Assembly: GCA_963747615.1 (NCBI GenBank)
Contig: CAVVFP010000004.1
Span: forward strand, 4,841 to 68,840
Source of the DNA: an uncultured Acidobacteriaceae bacterium
Lineage (GTDB): Bacteria; Acidobacteriota; Terriglobia; Terriglobales; Acidobacteriaceae
Direction of reading: 5' to 3'
Length of the DNA stretch: 64,000 nucleotides
Positions 52,190 to 60,764 of this stretch are shown here, in pieces. The position numbers and the translations under genes were made by a program. The notes beneath the pieces were generated by a model that ran no database searches, was not told the origin of the DNA, and saw only the letters and a program-made list of their open reading frames with translations. Positions within the stretch are counted from its first letter, which is position 1, and each line of letters begins with the position of its first letter.

Positions 52190-53212
52190 TTACTTTGCCA
52201 CCCCTACCACACCGAAATAGCCGAACTGGTCGTTGGGTCCGGCGGTGAAGAAGAGTTGATTTTTGGCGCCGTTGTTGGGGCTTCCGCCGCCGAACTCGAT
52301 TCCCCACAGTCCGTTGATCTTGATGTTCTTGCCGGAAGTATCCTTGACGATGCCCACCGGTTTTCCGTTGGCGAGATTGTAGCCAATGATGTTGCCGGTG
52401 GAGGTGTTATTGGTGACGAGGAGCGTGCCGCTTAACGGACCGAAATCCTTCGGCGCCACTGCCAGGCCCCAAGGCTGGTTCAGAAGCCCGTTGGAGACGA
52501 GGCGTTTCACGAAGGTTCCGGCTTCCGTAAAGACGTCGATGTAGCCGCCGGGACCGCCGTTGGTGGCCGCGAAGGTAACGTAAACGTGTCCACCGATGTC
52601 CTGAATTCCGAATGGTGCGAAGCCCGCGGGAATCGTGGTATCGGTGAAAGATCCCGTCAGGTTGAAGTTGCCGTCGTAGATGTCAACTTTGTTGTTGGCG
52701 GCATCGGCGGCGAAGAGCGAGTTGCCGGATGCATGACTGGTGATAGCCAGTCCGGTGTAGGACGCTCCGGAGCTGATGGCGGCAACCAGAGTGGCATCCG
52801 GGTTAAATGCCGACCAGCCCTGGATGCTGCCATCCAGAGTGGCGAACAGGAAGGCTGATACCCAGCTGTCGATGGCAAATTCTTGCGAGCCGTTGTAGAC
52901 GATGCCGGTGGGCGTTCCGAAGCCGGTGCCGTCGGCGGTAGGAACGACAACCTCTAGGCTTTGCTGAATGCCGACGCCATTGTAGAGAGTTGACCAACCG
53001 GTCGACTCGTCACTTACCCAGATGGTGCCACCCGGGGCGTAAGCCAGGCCCCAGGGATTTCCCAGTAGCGGCTCGAAATGCGTTGCCTTGCCGTTGATAT
53101 CCGAATCGAGGTAGCGGACCTGATATTGGGCCATGGCGGAGCCGGAACCCAGCACCAGCGTGAGCCCGAGAAGCGCAGAGAGAGTGTAGATGTGACGTAG
53201 TAGACGTTGCAT
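52190..53212 (-). CDS. TIGR03118-family beta-propeller protein, secreted
   Basis: Start taken at ATG 53212 (MQRLLRHIYTLSALLGLTLVLGSGSAMAQ). Family-typical LLGNPWGLAYAPGGTIWVSDESTGWSTLY, FLFATLDGSIQGW, LNQPWGLAVAPKDFGPLSGTLLV, INGLWGIEFGGG, LFFTAGPNDQFGYFG. Confidence 0.75.
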   Translation of the reverse strand: MQRLLRHIYTLSALLGLTLVLGSGSAMAQYQVRYLDSDINGKATHFEPLLGNPWGLAYAPGGTIWVSDESTGWSTLYNGVGIQQSLEVVVPTADGTGFGTPTGIVYNGSQEFAIDSWVSAFLFATLDGSIQGWSAFNPDATLVAAISSGASYTGLAITSHASGNSLFAADAANNKVDIYDGNFNLTGSFTDTTIPAGFAPFGIQDIGGHVYVTFAATNGGPGGYIDVFTEAGTFVKRLVSNGLLNQPWGLAVAPKDFGPLSGTLLVTNNTSTGNIIGYNLANGKPVGIVKDTSGKNIKINGLWGIEFGGGSPNNGAKNQLFFTAGPNDQFGYFGVVGVAK

Positions 53213-53406
53213 GCGATTTTCTCCTTTAGCGTGTGTAGCGAATTTGGGATGGAGCATGGCCGGAGATTTTGCGCGGACTTAACTGTCAGCCCGGCAGATC
53301 ATCGCAATACTAGGAGGGGCGCTTGCGGACATTGTCAGTGAGATGTCATCAGTTTGCACAATTCTTGTCTCTGCTTTGAAACTTGCCGGCAGCGGTTTTT
53401 TTCAGC

Positions 53407-53449
53407 GGGGAAAAAAGTGGCGTTCCGGTTGACTATTCCAGAACGCCAC
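53407..53449 (-). terminator. intrinsic terminator candidate ending the 63.3-53.7 kb minus-strand cluster
   Basis: On the minus strand: GTGGCGTTC-(15-nt loop)-GAACGCCAC followed by TTTTTTCCCC. Confidence 0.55.
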
Positions 53450-53515
53450 ACCTCAGGTTAGGAATCACTTGGAGGCTATCTCGTAAAGAACCCAAGAAAG
53501 CAGGCTGCTCGCTCC

Positions 53516-53580
53516 TCAGGGGCTGAAGCCCGCGTCTTTGCTGGTCTTGGATGGCGCGGCTGAAGCCGCGCCCTTTCAAA
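53516..53580. repeat. REP-like element (two GC hairpins)
   Basis: CAGGGGCTGAAGCCCGCG (53517-53534) and GGCGCGGCTGAAGCCGCGCCCTTTCAAA (53553-53580). Same core as 44101-44130. Confidence 0.8.
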
Positions 53581-53672
53581 GCGATTTATGAGACAGCAAG
53601 AGCTTCCAGTTACAAATCAGTTTTGAGAGATCAAGGCCGCGCCTTGCCGTCGCCTTACGCGACTGTTTCTAT

Positions 53673-54410
53673 CTAGGCTCCCGCTCTGGCTGCTCGTGCC
53701 ATGGGCGGCGGCGGGGTACGCAGTGCTTCTGCCACGCGACCGAAGTACAACCGGTAAGAGTGGTGGATTCCATACATCACCGGGAAGGCCACGAGCGCTA
53801 CCTGCCAGCCCAGATGATGGCTTACCACATTCACCATCGAGGTGAGCCCCGCGCTTACGACGTAATAGGGGAAAGAAAGTTGCACGATGCTGAGCCAGAC
53901 GCGGCGCAGAGCCGCGCCCTCGGCCAGCTTGATGATGCCGGCCACAGGAACGGTCTGCCCGAGGAGGAAAGCAGCGGTTGCCGAAGCGAGCATTGGCGGT
54001 TCCGCCGCCCACCCGGCCTTCCCCAGGCCCCCTGCATTCCAGATCAAGCTCGACATGCTGGTGGCGAATGCCATCATGCTGACGTTGAACAGCATCTGCT
54101 CCGGCTTGAACCTGCTGCCCGATTTCGGCCAGCACTGCACTACCGTGGATATACAAGCGATCGTAACAGCTTCAAGCGCGCTCAAGTTTACGACCGCCAT
54201 CAGCAGGAAGGGCAAGTTGACCGACATGTTGCCGTTAATGCCCGGCAGTTTGATCTTCATGCGCGACGTCACTGCTGCTAGTGCCAGTAGAGCCAGAGCG
54301 TAAGGGGCGTGGAGCGTGTGGCTGGCCACGCCGGCATACAGAGTGCTTGCGATCGCCGCCAGGACCATCAGTCCGATAAAGGTTTGTGTTAGCCGTGTGT
54401 TGGGTTTCAT
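53673..54410 (-). CDS. multi-pass membrane protein, stand-alone paralogue of the N-terminal module of the 842-aa c-di-GMP sensor
   Basis: 245 aa. Motifs shared with residues ~70-270 of ORF 60765..63293: KIKLPGINGNMSVNLPFLL vs KVQLPGIDGTMSVNFLFIL; MLFNVSMMA vs VLFNVFGMM; SFPYYVVSAG vs SFPYYLVGAA; HSYRLYFGR vs RSYRLYLGR. Confidence 0.7.
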   Translation of the reverse strand: MKPNTRLTQTFIGLMVLAAIASTLYAGVASHTLHAPYALALLALAAVTSRMKIKLPGINGNMSVNLPFLLMAVVNLSALEAVTIACISTVVQCWPKSGSRFKPEQMLFNVSMMAFATSMSSLIWNAGGLGKAGWAAEPPMLASATAAFLLGQTVPVAGIIKLAEGAALRRVWLSIVQLSFPYYVVSAGLTSMVNVVSHHLGWQVALVAFPVMYGIHHSYRLYFGRVAEALRTPPPPMARAARAGA

Positions 54411-54446
54411 GATCTCCTCCTTTCTTTGATTTAATTCACACGGCTA

Positions 54447-56279
54447 CTACTGAGGATCGCCTCCAATCGCGAAGACCTCGCCATTCTCGCCGGCCGCGGA
54501 CGTGCCCCAAACCACACTTGCGGCCTGAGTTCCGGTGCCCGTGCTCGAACCCCACACCACACTGAAGGCGGTCAGCGCGGTATTATTCCAGGGCAGCACC
54601 GACGCGCCCCAAACCACTGAGCTACCGCTTACATTTGCTCCCCACACGACGGACGTGCCCCACACCACCGAAGTGCCCCAAACTACCGAACTGGAGGCGA
54701 TACTACCGTTTCCGTTGACCAGGCTAACTGTGCCTTTCGAGAAGACCACCGACGGAGACAGCGCAGCGCCTACGTTGGACGGAGCGAGACTGTTGTCGGA
54801 CAGCGCGCTCTGCAAGTTCATCAGCCCCGAACCGACCGAGAACAGATCGTAATACTCGGTGAAGCTCTGGGAGATAGGCGCGGGAACCCAGAGGGAGGTG
54901 GAGTTGGGAAACGAATTGTAAGTATTCCGCATCAGGCGCGCCTTTACCTGATCTGGAGTCAGATTGCCGTTCTGCTGCAGAAGCAATGCCGCTGCTCCGC
55001 TGACCACTGGCGTCGCCATGCTCGTGCCGCTGAGCGTGAAATAGCTGGACTTCCCGTTGCTGCCGCTGACCAGCGCGGATGGATAGAGGGCTTCCAGGGT
55101 TGCGCCGGGAGCGGACAACGAGACGATGTTGTTGCCGGGAGCCATAATGTCAGGTTTCACCACGTGATCGTAAGTGGTGGGGCCCTTAGAGGTGTAGGTC
55201 GTCATGCTTTCGGCGGACTGCGAAGATGATCCGTTGCTGTTCAATGCGCCCACGGTGATCACGTAAGGATCGTTGCCCGGCGCCGTGATGGTTCCATATC
55301 CGTTGCTGCCATTTACGCTGAGGCGTCCATAGTTGCCCGCGGCTACCACTACCACGATTCCTGCGTTCCACGCGGATTCGACCGCCTGGCATAGAGGATC
55401 CTGGGTGTAGCTCTCGAAGACGCCGCGCCCGAGCGATAGGTTGATCACCTGGATGTTGTACTTATTTTGCAGCGTGATGGCTTCCTGGATGGCCGCGATC
55501 ACTCCGCTGTCGGTGCCGGCGCCGTTAAGATCGAGGGCGCGAAGGTCGACAAGATTCACGTTGGGTGCCACGCCGATATAGTTCCCACCCGAGAGGTAGC
55601 CGTTGCCGCCAACGATTCCGGCAACGTGGGTGCCGTGACCGTAGAGGTCGTACTTGCCTCCGCTCCAGTTGGTATTCGAAGTTCCGGTGAAGTCCTGGCG
55701 ATAGACCACGCGCGAATGAGACTGGTTCGCATTCCAGAGATCGGGATGACTGTCGTTAATGCCGCTATCGATCACGGCCACGCCGATTCCGGTCCCGGTG
55801 TAACCGTCGCTCCAGGCGGTGGGCACGCCCGTAGCCACATCCGTGATGTCATCGAGTCCCTTGACCGGATGGTCGACGCTCACGGACAGGACGTCGGAGT
55901 CCGCCTCCAGAGCAGGCAGCGCGCTTACTGGAATCGTGAGAGCAATGCCCTTGACCAGACTGAGCCTGCGGTTCAGGTGCGCGCCGAGACGTTGCACTCT
56001 GCCTTCCTGCTCAGACTGAGGAGTCTGCTTGTAGCGCACGATAAGATGCGCAGTCTCGTTGCCTGCTGTGCCTTGATGGGCCCGTGCAACCGCACCGGCG
56101 AGGTCCGGGGCGAACTTGCCAACCGGTTTGCCGTTGCCTTCCCAAACTTGGGCGAAGGCGGCCTCTGCCAGCACGAGCAGCAACAGCATGCTGAGGCGCT
56201 TTCCCCAAGCCGCGCTGTGACGCTGGCCTCGATTCGGACTTTGCGGTTTTCGTGTCTGCGATTTTCGTGTCTGCGACAT
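54447..56279 (-). CDS. secreted subtilisin-family (S8) serine peptidase with C-terminal VVWG repeats
   Basis: Catalytic triad motifs VAVIDSGI, HGTHVAGIVGG, GTSMATPVVSGAAALL. Start taken at ATG 56279 (MSQTRKSQTRK...RLSMLLLLVLAEAAFAQ); the ORF opens at 56414. Six SVVWG(T/A/S) units in the last ~70 aa. Confidence 0.85.
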   Translation of the reverse strand: MSQTRKSQTRKPQSPNRGQRHSAAWGKRLSMLLLLVLAEAAFAQVWEGNGKPVGKFAPDLAGAVARAHQGTAGNETAHLIVRYKQTPQSEQEGRVQRLGAHLNRRLSLVKGIALTIPVSALPALEADSDVLSVSVDHPVKGLDDITDVATGVPTAWSDGYTGTGIGVAVIDSGINDSHPDLWNANQSHSRVVYRQDFTGTSNTNWSGGKYDLYGHGTHVAGIVGGNGYLSGGNYIGVAPNVNLVDLRALDLNGAGTDSGVIAAIQEAITLQNKYNIQVINLSLGRGVFESYTQDPLCQAVESAWNAGIVVVVAAGNYGRLSVNGSNGYGTITAPGNDPYVITVGALNSNGSSSQSAESMTTYTSKGPTTYDHVVKPDIMAPGNNIVSLSAPGATLEALYPSALVSGSNGKSSYFTLSGTSMATPVVSGAAALLLQQNGNLTPDQVKARLMRNTYNSFPNSTSLWVPAPISQSFTEYYDLFSVGSGLMNLQSALSDNSLAPSNVGAALSPSVVFSKGTVSLVNGNGSIASSSVVWGTSVVWGTSVVWGANVSGSSVVWGASVLPWNNTALTAFSVVWGSSTGTGTQAASVVWGTSAAGENGEVFAIGGDPQ

Positions 56280-56583
56280 GATCTCACCCTTCTTTGGCAC
56301 AAAGAGCGTGCTTAAGACTCGGCTTAGCTTGTGCACGGCCGATGCCAATCGTATGGCCGTAAGTATTGTAAACAATGGGAATTGCGGTGAAGGTTTGCGT
56401 CGTTCTTGGGCCACTCTGTCCTCTAGCGCGGGGCGTGGGACAGTTTGTCCCGCAGACCGCGCCGGTTGTGATGACTTTGGTTTCGGAGGCCATGATTACC
56501 AGCGGCGATTGAGGAAACGAGGACCGACGGGCGTTCGCACCCGTGCGTGGAGAGTTGCAGTTGGAGCCTCGATGATTGAAAGA

Positions 56584-57414
56584 TTATCGCGCTGCGGCAG
56601 TTTTCGACTGCGCTCTCGGTTGCAAGAGTCGGGGGATCGCCGCCATTAACTTCTGCGTGTATTCGTGCTGGGGGTTGTCGAAGGTCTGTTCGGTCGTGCC
56701 GCACTCTACTATCTCGCCGTGATGAAGAATGGCGATGCGGTCGCAAATTCCCGCCACTGAAGCGAGATCGTGAGAAATGTAGAGAATGGCCATGCCGGTG
56801 GAGCGGCTGAGTTCACGAAACAGCGACAGAATTTCGGATTGGGTGATCACATCGAGAGCGCTCGTTGCTTCGTCGGCGATGAGCAGCGCGGGACGATGCA
56901 TGACCGCCATGGCAATCAGCACGCGCTGGGCTTGACCTACGCTCATCTGCGAAGGATATTTGCGCAGGAATTCATCGTCGGACGGCAGGGAGACGCTCTG
57001 CAACGAACTTCTGATCGCGTTCGCGCAATCGGCGCTCGTGCCCGAGGCATGGGCTCGCCACGCCTCTTTGAGTTGGGTGCGAATCTTGAGCGCAGGATTC
57101 AGAGACGACAGTGGACTTTGCAAGACCAGCGCGATCGAACGTCCGCGTAGAGTCCGCAACTCACGCTCCGAAAGTTGCAAGAGATCAGCATCCTCAAAAC
57201 GGATGGCGCCTTCGGCCACCGACCGCTTCTTGTCGAGAAGCCCGAGAATCGCCATGGCAAGCGTGCTTTTGCCGGAGCCGCTTTGTCCGACCAGACCCAG
57301 CACCTCGCCGCGCTGGATTTCGAACTGGACATCACGCAAGACCGGCGGCTTATCGGCGTACTGCACGGAGAAGCGCGCCGACAGCAGGGTCTGATTTTGT
57401 GACGTGGACAGCAT
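56584..57414 (-). CDS. ABC transporter ATP-binding protein (Dpp/Opp-type)
   Basis: Walker A GQSGSGKST, signature-like QMSVGQAQR, Walker B LLIADEATSALD. ATG 57414 is 13 nt after the binding-protein stop. Confidence 0.85.
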   Translation of the reverse strand: MLSTSQNQTLLSARFSVQYADKPPVLRDVQFEIQRGEVLGLVGQSGSGKSTLAMAILGLLDKKRSVAEGAIRFEDADLLQLSERELRTLRGRSIALVLQSPLSSLNPALKIRTQLKEAWRAHASGTSADCANAIRSSLQSVSLPSDDEFLRKYPSQMSVGQAQRVLIAMAVMHRPALLIADEATSALDVITQSEILSLFRELSRSTGMAILYISHDLASVAGICDRIAILHHGEIVECGTTEQTFDNPQHEYTQKLMAAIPRLLQPRAQSKTAAAR

Positions 57415-57427
57415 TTTGCCTTGAGCT

Positions 57428-59089
57428 TTAATTCCCAGCCACGGTAAGCCGCTCGGCATTCCAGAATGTCTGCGGAGATAGAATCACCGGGGCGGCGCCG
57501 TGTACCGAGGTCGAAACTGCGGAAAGCGCATTTTTGTTGATCAGAAAAATGAATGGTTCCTGCTCGACGACGATCTCCTGCACGCGATCGAAGGCTTCTT
57601 TCCGCTTTTTAGCATCGCTGGAAGACGCCTGCGCCCGCATCAGACGGTCAATCTCCGCTTCCCATGCGGTTTCCGGAGTTTTCTGCTGCGGGTTCCACTG
57701 GTGATTCTCGGAAGAACTCAGCCACACGTTCATTTCGCCGTTCGGATCCAAATCCACATTGGTCAGGCCGAGGATGATGGCCTCGTAATCGAAAGTCTGG
57801 GTCATGCGCTCGATCAGGGAAGGGAAGTCAAGCGTGACCACGTTGACGTGGATGCCGATCTTTTGCAGGTCGTCCTGGATCAGCACTGCCATGCGCTCGC
57901 GGTATTTGTTGCCGGCGTTCGTGATGATGGAAAACACGACCTCGTTGCCGTCTTTGCCTTTGAGCGTTCCGTTTTCCATGCGGAAGCCCTCGTCCTCGAG
58001 CGCCTTCAACGCCGCATCGGAGCTGTAGGTCTGGGGCTTGAGCTTGCTGTTGAACCAGAACTTATTCGCCGGTGAGAACGGTCCCACCGCCGGTTGCGCG
58101 TGCCCGTGAAAGACCACGCGGCTTAGGTCGTCGCGGTTGATCGCTTCCGAAATCGCACGCCGGAAGCTGGCCGACCGGAACCAGTTCTTTTTGTAAGATG
58201 GAATCGGCGACTTCGCGACCTGGTTAAACCAGAGTTGCTCGCTATCAAGCGATGCTCCTGCATCGTGTACCAGTTGGGGCGAAGTCGCGGCCAGCTTGTC
58301 GAAATATTCGCTGTCGAGAGAATTGATCAGGTCCAGCTCTCCGCGCTTGAAGCGGAGCAGTTCCACATCTCGGTTGGGCTGGATATCAAGCTTTATCGAA
58401 TCCAGATATGGAAGTTTGCGGCCCTGGTCGTCGGTTTTCCAGTAGTTGGGATTGCGCTTCAAGAGAACGGATGAACCGGCTTTGTAGTCGGCTACCATGA
58501 ACGGTCCCAGGACTGCCATTTCTTTTTTCGGCGAGCGTTCGGAAAGAATCGCGACCTGATCGAAGAGGCGATCGAGTCCGGCTACTTGCGCCGGGAACGT
58601 GATCGCAATCTGCGTCGGCGAGATCACCTTGGTTTCGACGTTTCCCGTGCCTGAACGAAATGCGTCTCCCGTGGGGGAATGCAGCGCCGGGTCCATCAGT
58701 TGCTGGACGGTGTAAGCCACATCGCCCGCGGAAAAGGGAGTGCCATCGGAGAACAAAATGCCGCTGCGCAGGCGGAAGGAGATCTGGCGCCCATCTTTTG
58801 ATACTTTCCATGAAACCGCCAGTTCGGGTTCGAGAGCTTGCGTGCTGCGATTCACCCGGACCAGCACGCCTCCCGTCAAATAGCGGATCGCGGCGGAGGC
58901 ATCGTCTTCCACTTTGAGCGGATCAAAGGTCTTGGGCTCGGTGCGCAGGCAGAACCTCAGCTCGCCGCCTTGAGCTATCGCGTGCCCAAGCAGAAATGCC
59001 AGGCAGAGCATCGCCGTTGCGATTGACTTCCCGCAGGGACTCGTCATCTTTATCTTTATCTGTTCGAAAGTGTTCTTGTGGCGCCTCAT
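57428..59089 (-). CDS. ABC transporter substrate-binding protein, family 5 (peptide/nickel type)
   Basis: About 553 aa from ATG 59089 (MRRHKNTFEQIKIKMTSPCGKSIATAMLCLAFLLGHAIAQ). Family-5 features: LRFCLRTEPKTFDPLKV..., NPNYWK, WNPQQ. Confidence 0.85.
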   Translation of the reverse strand: MRRHKNTFEQIKIKMTSPCGKSIATAMLCLAFLLGHAIAQGGELRFCLRTEPKTFDPLKVEDDASAAIRYLTGGVLVRVNRSTQALEPELAVSWKVSKDGRQISFRLRSGILFSDGTPFSAGDVAYTVQQLMDPALHSPTGDAFRSGTGNVETKVISPTQIAITFPAQVAGLDRLFDQVAILSERSPKKEMAVLGPFMVADYKAGSSVLLKRNPNYWKTDDQGRKLPYLDSIKLDIQPNRDVELLRFKRGELDLINSLDSEYFDKLAATSPQLVHDAGASLDSEQLWFNQVAKSPIPSYKKNWFRSASFRRAISEAINRDDLSRVVFHGHAQPAVGPFSPANKFWFNSKLKPQTYSSDAALKALEDEGFRMENGTLKGKDGNEVVFSIITNAGNKYRERMAVLIQDDLQKIGIHVNVVTLDFPSLIERMTQTFDYEAIILGLTNVDLDPNGEMNVWLSSSENHQWNPQQKTPETAWEAEIDRLMRAQASSSDAKKRKEAFDRVQEIVVEQEPFIFLINKNALSAVSTSVHGAAPVILSPQTFWNAERLTVAGN

Positions 59090-59895
59090 GCGGCCACCTC
59101 CTCCTGCTTGGAAAGCAAAAGCTGAAACGACGTCACTACCACCACCAGCAAAATCAACGGCACGAACTTCCATGGTTCTTCACCACCGGAAACCAACCCT
59201 TCTAACTCTTTCAACAAACTTCCCCACGAGGGCATGGGCTCAGCGACGCCCAGCCCGAGAATGCCCAGGTTAGCCTCACTCAAGATGAAGACCGGAATCG
59301 AAATCCAGAATTGCGCATAGAGCACGGGCTTCAAGTTCGGCACCACATGCACCCAGAACAGTCTTTGTCCGGGAAGGCCCGCCGCGCGCGCCTGCCGCAC
59401 AAAGTCCGATCCGCGCAAATATCCCGCAGTCGTACACAAAACTCTTGCCGCGGTCGTCCAGCCCAGAAGACCCAGCAGCATGAAAGTCATCAGCACCGAG
59501 ACCAAGGGAGACACATTCAGCGGCATCAACGCCCGCGCCGTGATCAACAGGAACAACCAGGGCAGTGACAAAAATAAATCGGTCACCGCCATCGCCATTC
59601 GCGCCCAGATGCCGCCTAAGTATCCCGCGAGTCCTCCAATCAATGCCGCCATCAACGTTGACAGGAGTGCTGCGGCTGGAGCCAGCAACAGCGAAATACG
59701 AGTTCCGTAAAGCACGCGGGCAAACCGGTCGCGGCCAAGCTCGTCCGTGCCGAGCCAGTGCGTGTGCGACGGGGGCGCATCCGTTGCCTCGCGAAACTGC
59801 TTCGCGTATCCCGCGGGAGCAAGCCAGTTCGCAGCCACCGATGCGCCCAGCACCAGCACCAAAACCGCGCATGCCAGTTTTTGCCAAAGATTCAT
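59086..59895 (-). CDS. ABC transporter permease (DppC/OppC-like)
   Basis: ATG 59895 (MNLWQKLACAVLVLVLGASVAANWLAPAGY...HWLGTDELGRDRFARVLYG). ATGA overlaps at both ends. Confidence 0.85.
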   Translation of the reverse strand: MNLWQKLACAVLVLVLGASVAANWLAPAGYAKQFREATDAPPSHTHWLGTDELGRDRFARVLYGTRISLLLAPAAALLSTLMAALIGGLAGYLGGIWARMAMAVTDLFLSLPWLFLLITARALMPLNVSPLVSVLMTFMLLGLLGWTTAARVLCTTAGYLRGSDFVRQARAAGLPGQRLFWVHVVPNLKPVLYAQFWISIPVFILSEANLGILGLGVAEPMPSWGSLLKELEGLVSGGEEPWKFVPLILLVVVVTSFQLLLSKQEEVAA

Positions 59896-60764
59896 CCTTC
59901 CTGGCTCCGCACCACATGACCGATTACATCTGCACTGGAATTGGCCAGCAAGGTTACCAGCGTCACCAGAACCGTGATGTTCACCAGCAGCGGCAGATCG
60001 CGCGCCAGAGCGGCTTGCCAAGCCAGTTGTCCAATGCCGGCGAGGCCGCACAAAGCTTCGACTGGAATCGCTGCTCCGACCGCCATGCTTACCGATACTC
60101 CCGCGACGGCTAGCAACTGGGGGGTCACCACGGGGACTACGTGCCAGAAGAGAATTCGTGCCTCGCCCAGCCCTTTCGCTCTCGCGGTGATAATGTGAGG
60201 CCGCGAATAGGCCTTCACCAGCAAGTTTCGCGCATAGCGGTAAGTGCGCGGGAACACGATGAGCGCAATCGCCAGTGAGCCGGGTGCATTCCACAACACC
60301 GAGAGCAATGCCAGGACAGCGGCGGGAATGCAAAGCAACGTCCCGCTCAGGACAGTAGTGAGCGTGTCATAGATAGAAAGCCGCAGCCAGGCCGCGCTCA
60401 AGGCCAGGGTCAAGGTCAGCGCCCAGGCCAGGACAAGGCCGATCGTCAGCAAGCGCAGCGTGAGCGGAGCGCGATTACGCAGCAACGTGCGCACGGGTTG
60501 CCCCAGTGCAAGCGAAGTTCCCAGATCGCCGTTCGCCGCTCGCTTCATGTAAGAGAAATAAAAGTGGAAGACGTTGTGGTCTTGACGCCGGGCATCGCGC
60601 AGCGCCTGCACGCTCTGCGCGTTCAAATGCGGATCCAGTTCTCGCTCATCCGTATCGAAGCCGGGGGCGAGCCGCATCAAGGTCGCGGAAAGAAATCCTC
60701 CGAGAAGAACTGTCGCCAACAGGGCCAGAGCGTGCCCGGTAATCTTCAAGGGGAGGCTTGGCAT
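59892..60764 (-). CDS. ABC transporter permease (DppB/OppB-like)
   Basis: 290 aa. Six hydrophobic helices. YSRPHIITARAKGLGEARILFWHVVP is the conserved permease loop. The ATG abuts the stop of the sensor gene. Confidence 0.85.
   Translation of the reverse strand: MPSLPLKITGHALALLATVLLGGFLSATLMRLAPGFDTDERELDPHLNAQSVQALRDARRQDHNVFHFYFSYMKRAANGDLGTSLALGQPVRTLLRNRAPLTLRLLTIGLVLAWALTLTLALSAAWLRLSIYDTLTTVLSGTLLCIPAAVLALLSVLWNAPGSLAIALIVFPRTYRYARNLLVKAYSRPHIITARAKGLGEARILFWHVVPVVTPQLLAVAGVSVSMAVGAAIPVEALCGLAGIGQLAWQAALARDLPLLVNITVLVTLVTLLANSSADVIGHVVRSQEG

Noticed and set aside
56284-56493. A 69-aa ORF (MASETKVITTGAVCGTNCPTPRARGQ...) ending 4 nt before the S8 protease start. I considered it as a possible precursor peptide or inhibitor.
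   Set aside because: No ribosome-binding site, mixed codon usage with rare AGA/GGA/AGT codons, and no leader or core features I can recognise. I cannot support it from sequence alone, though it is worth a look if the cluster is studied.
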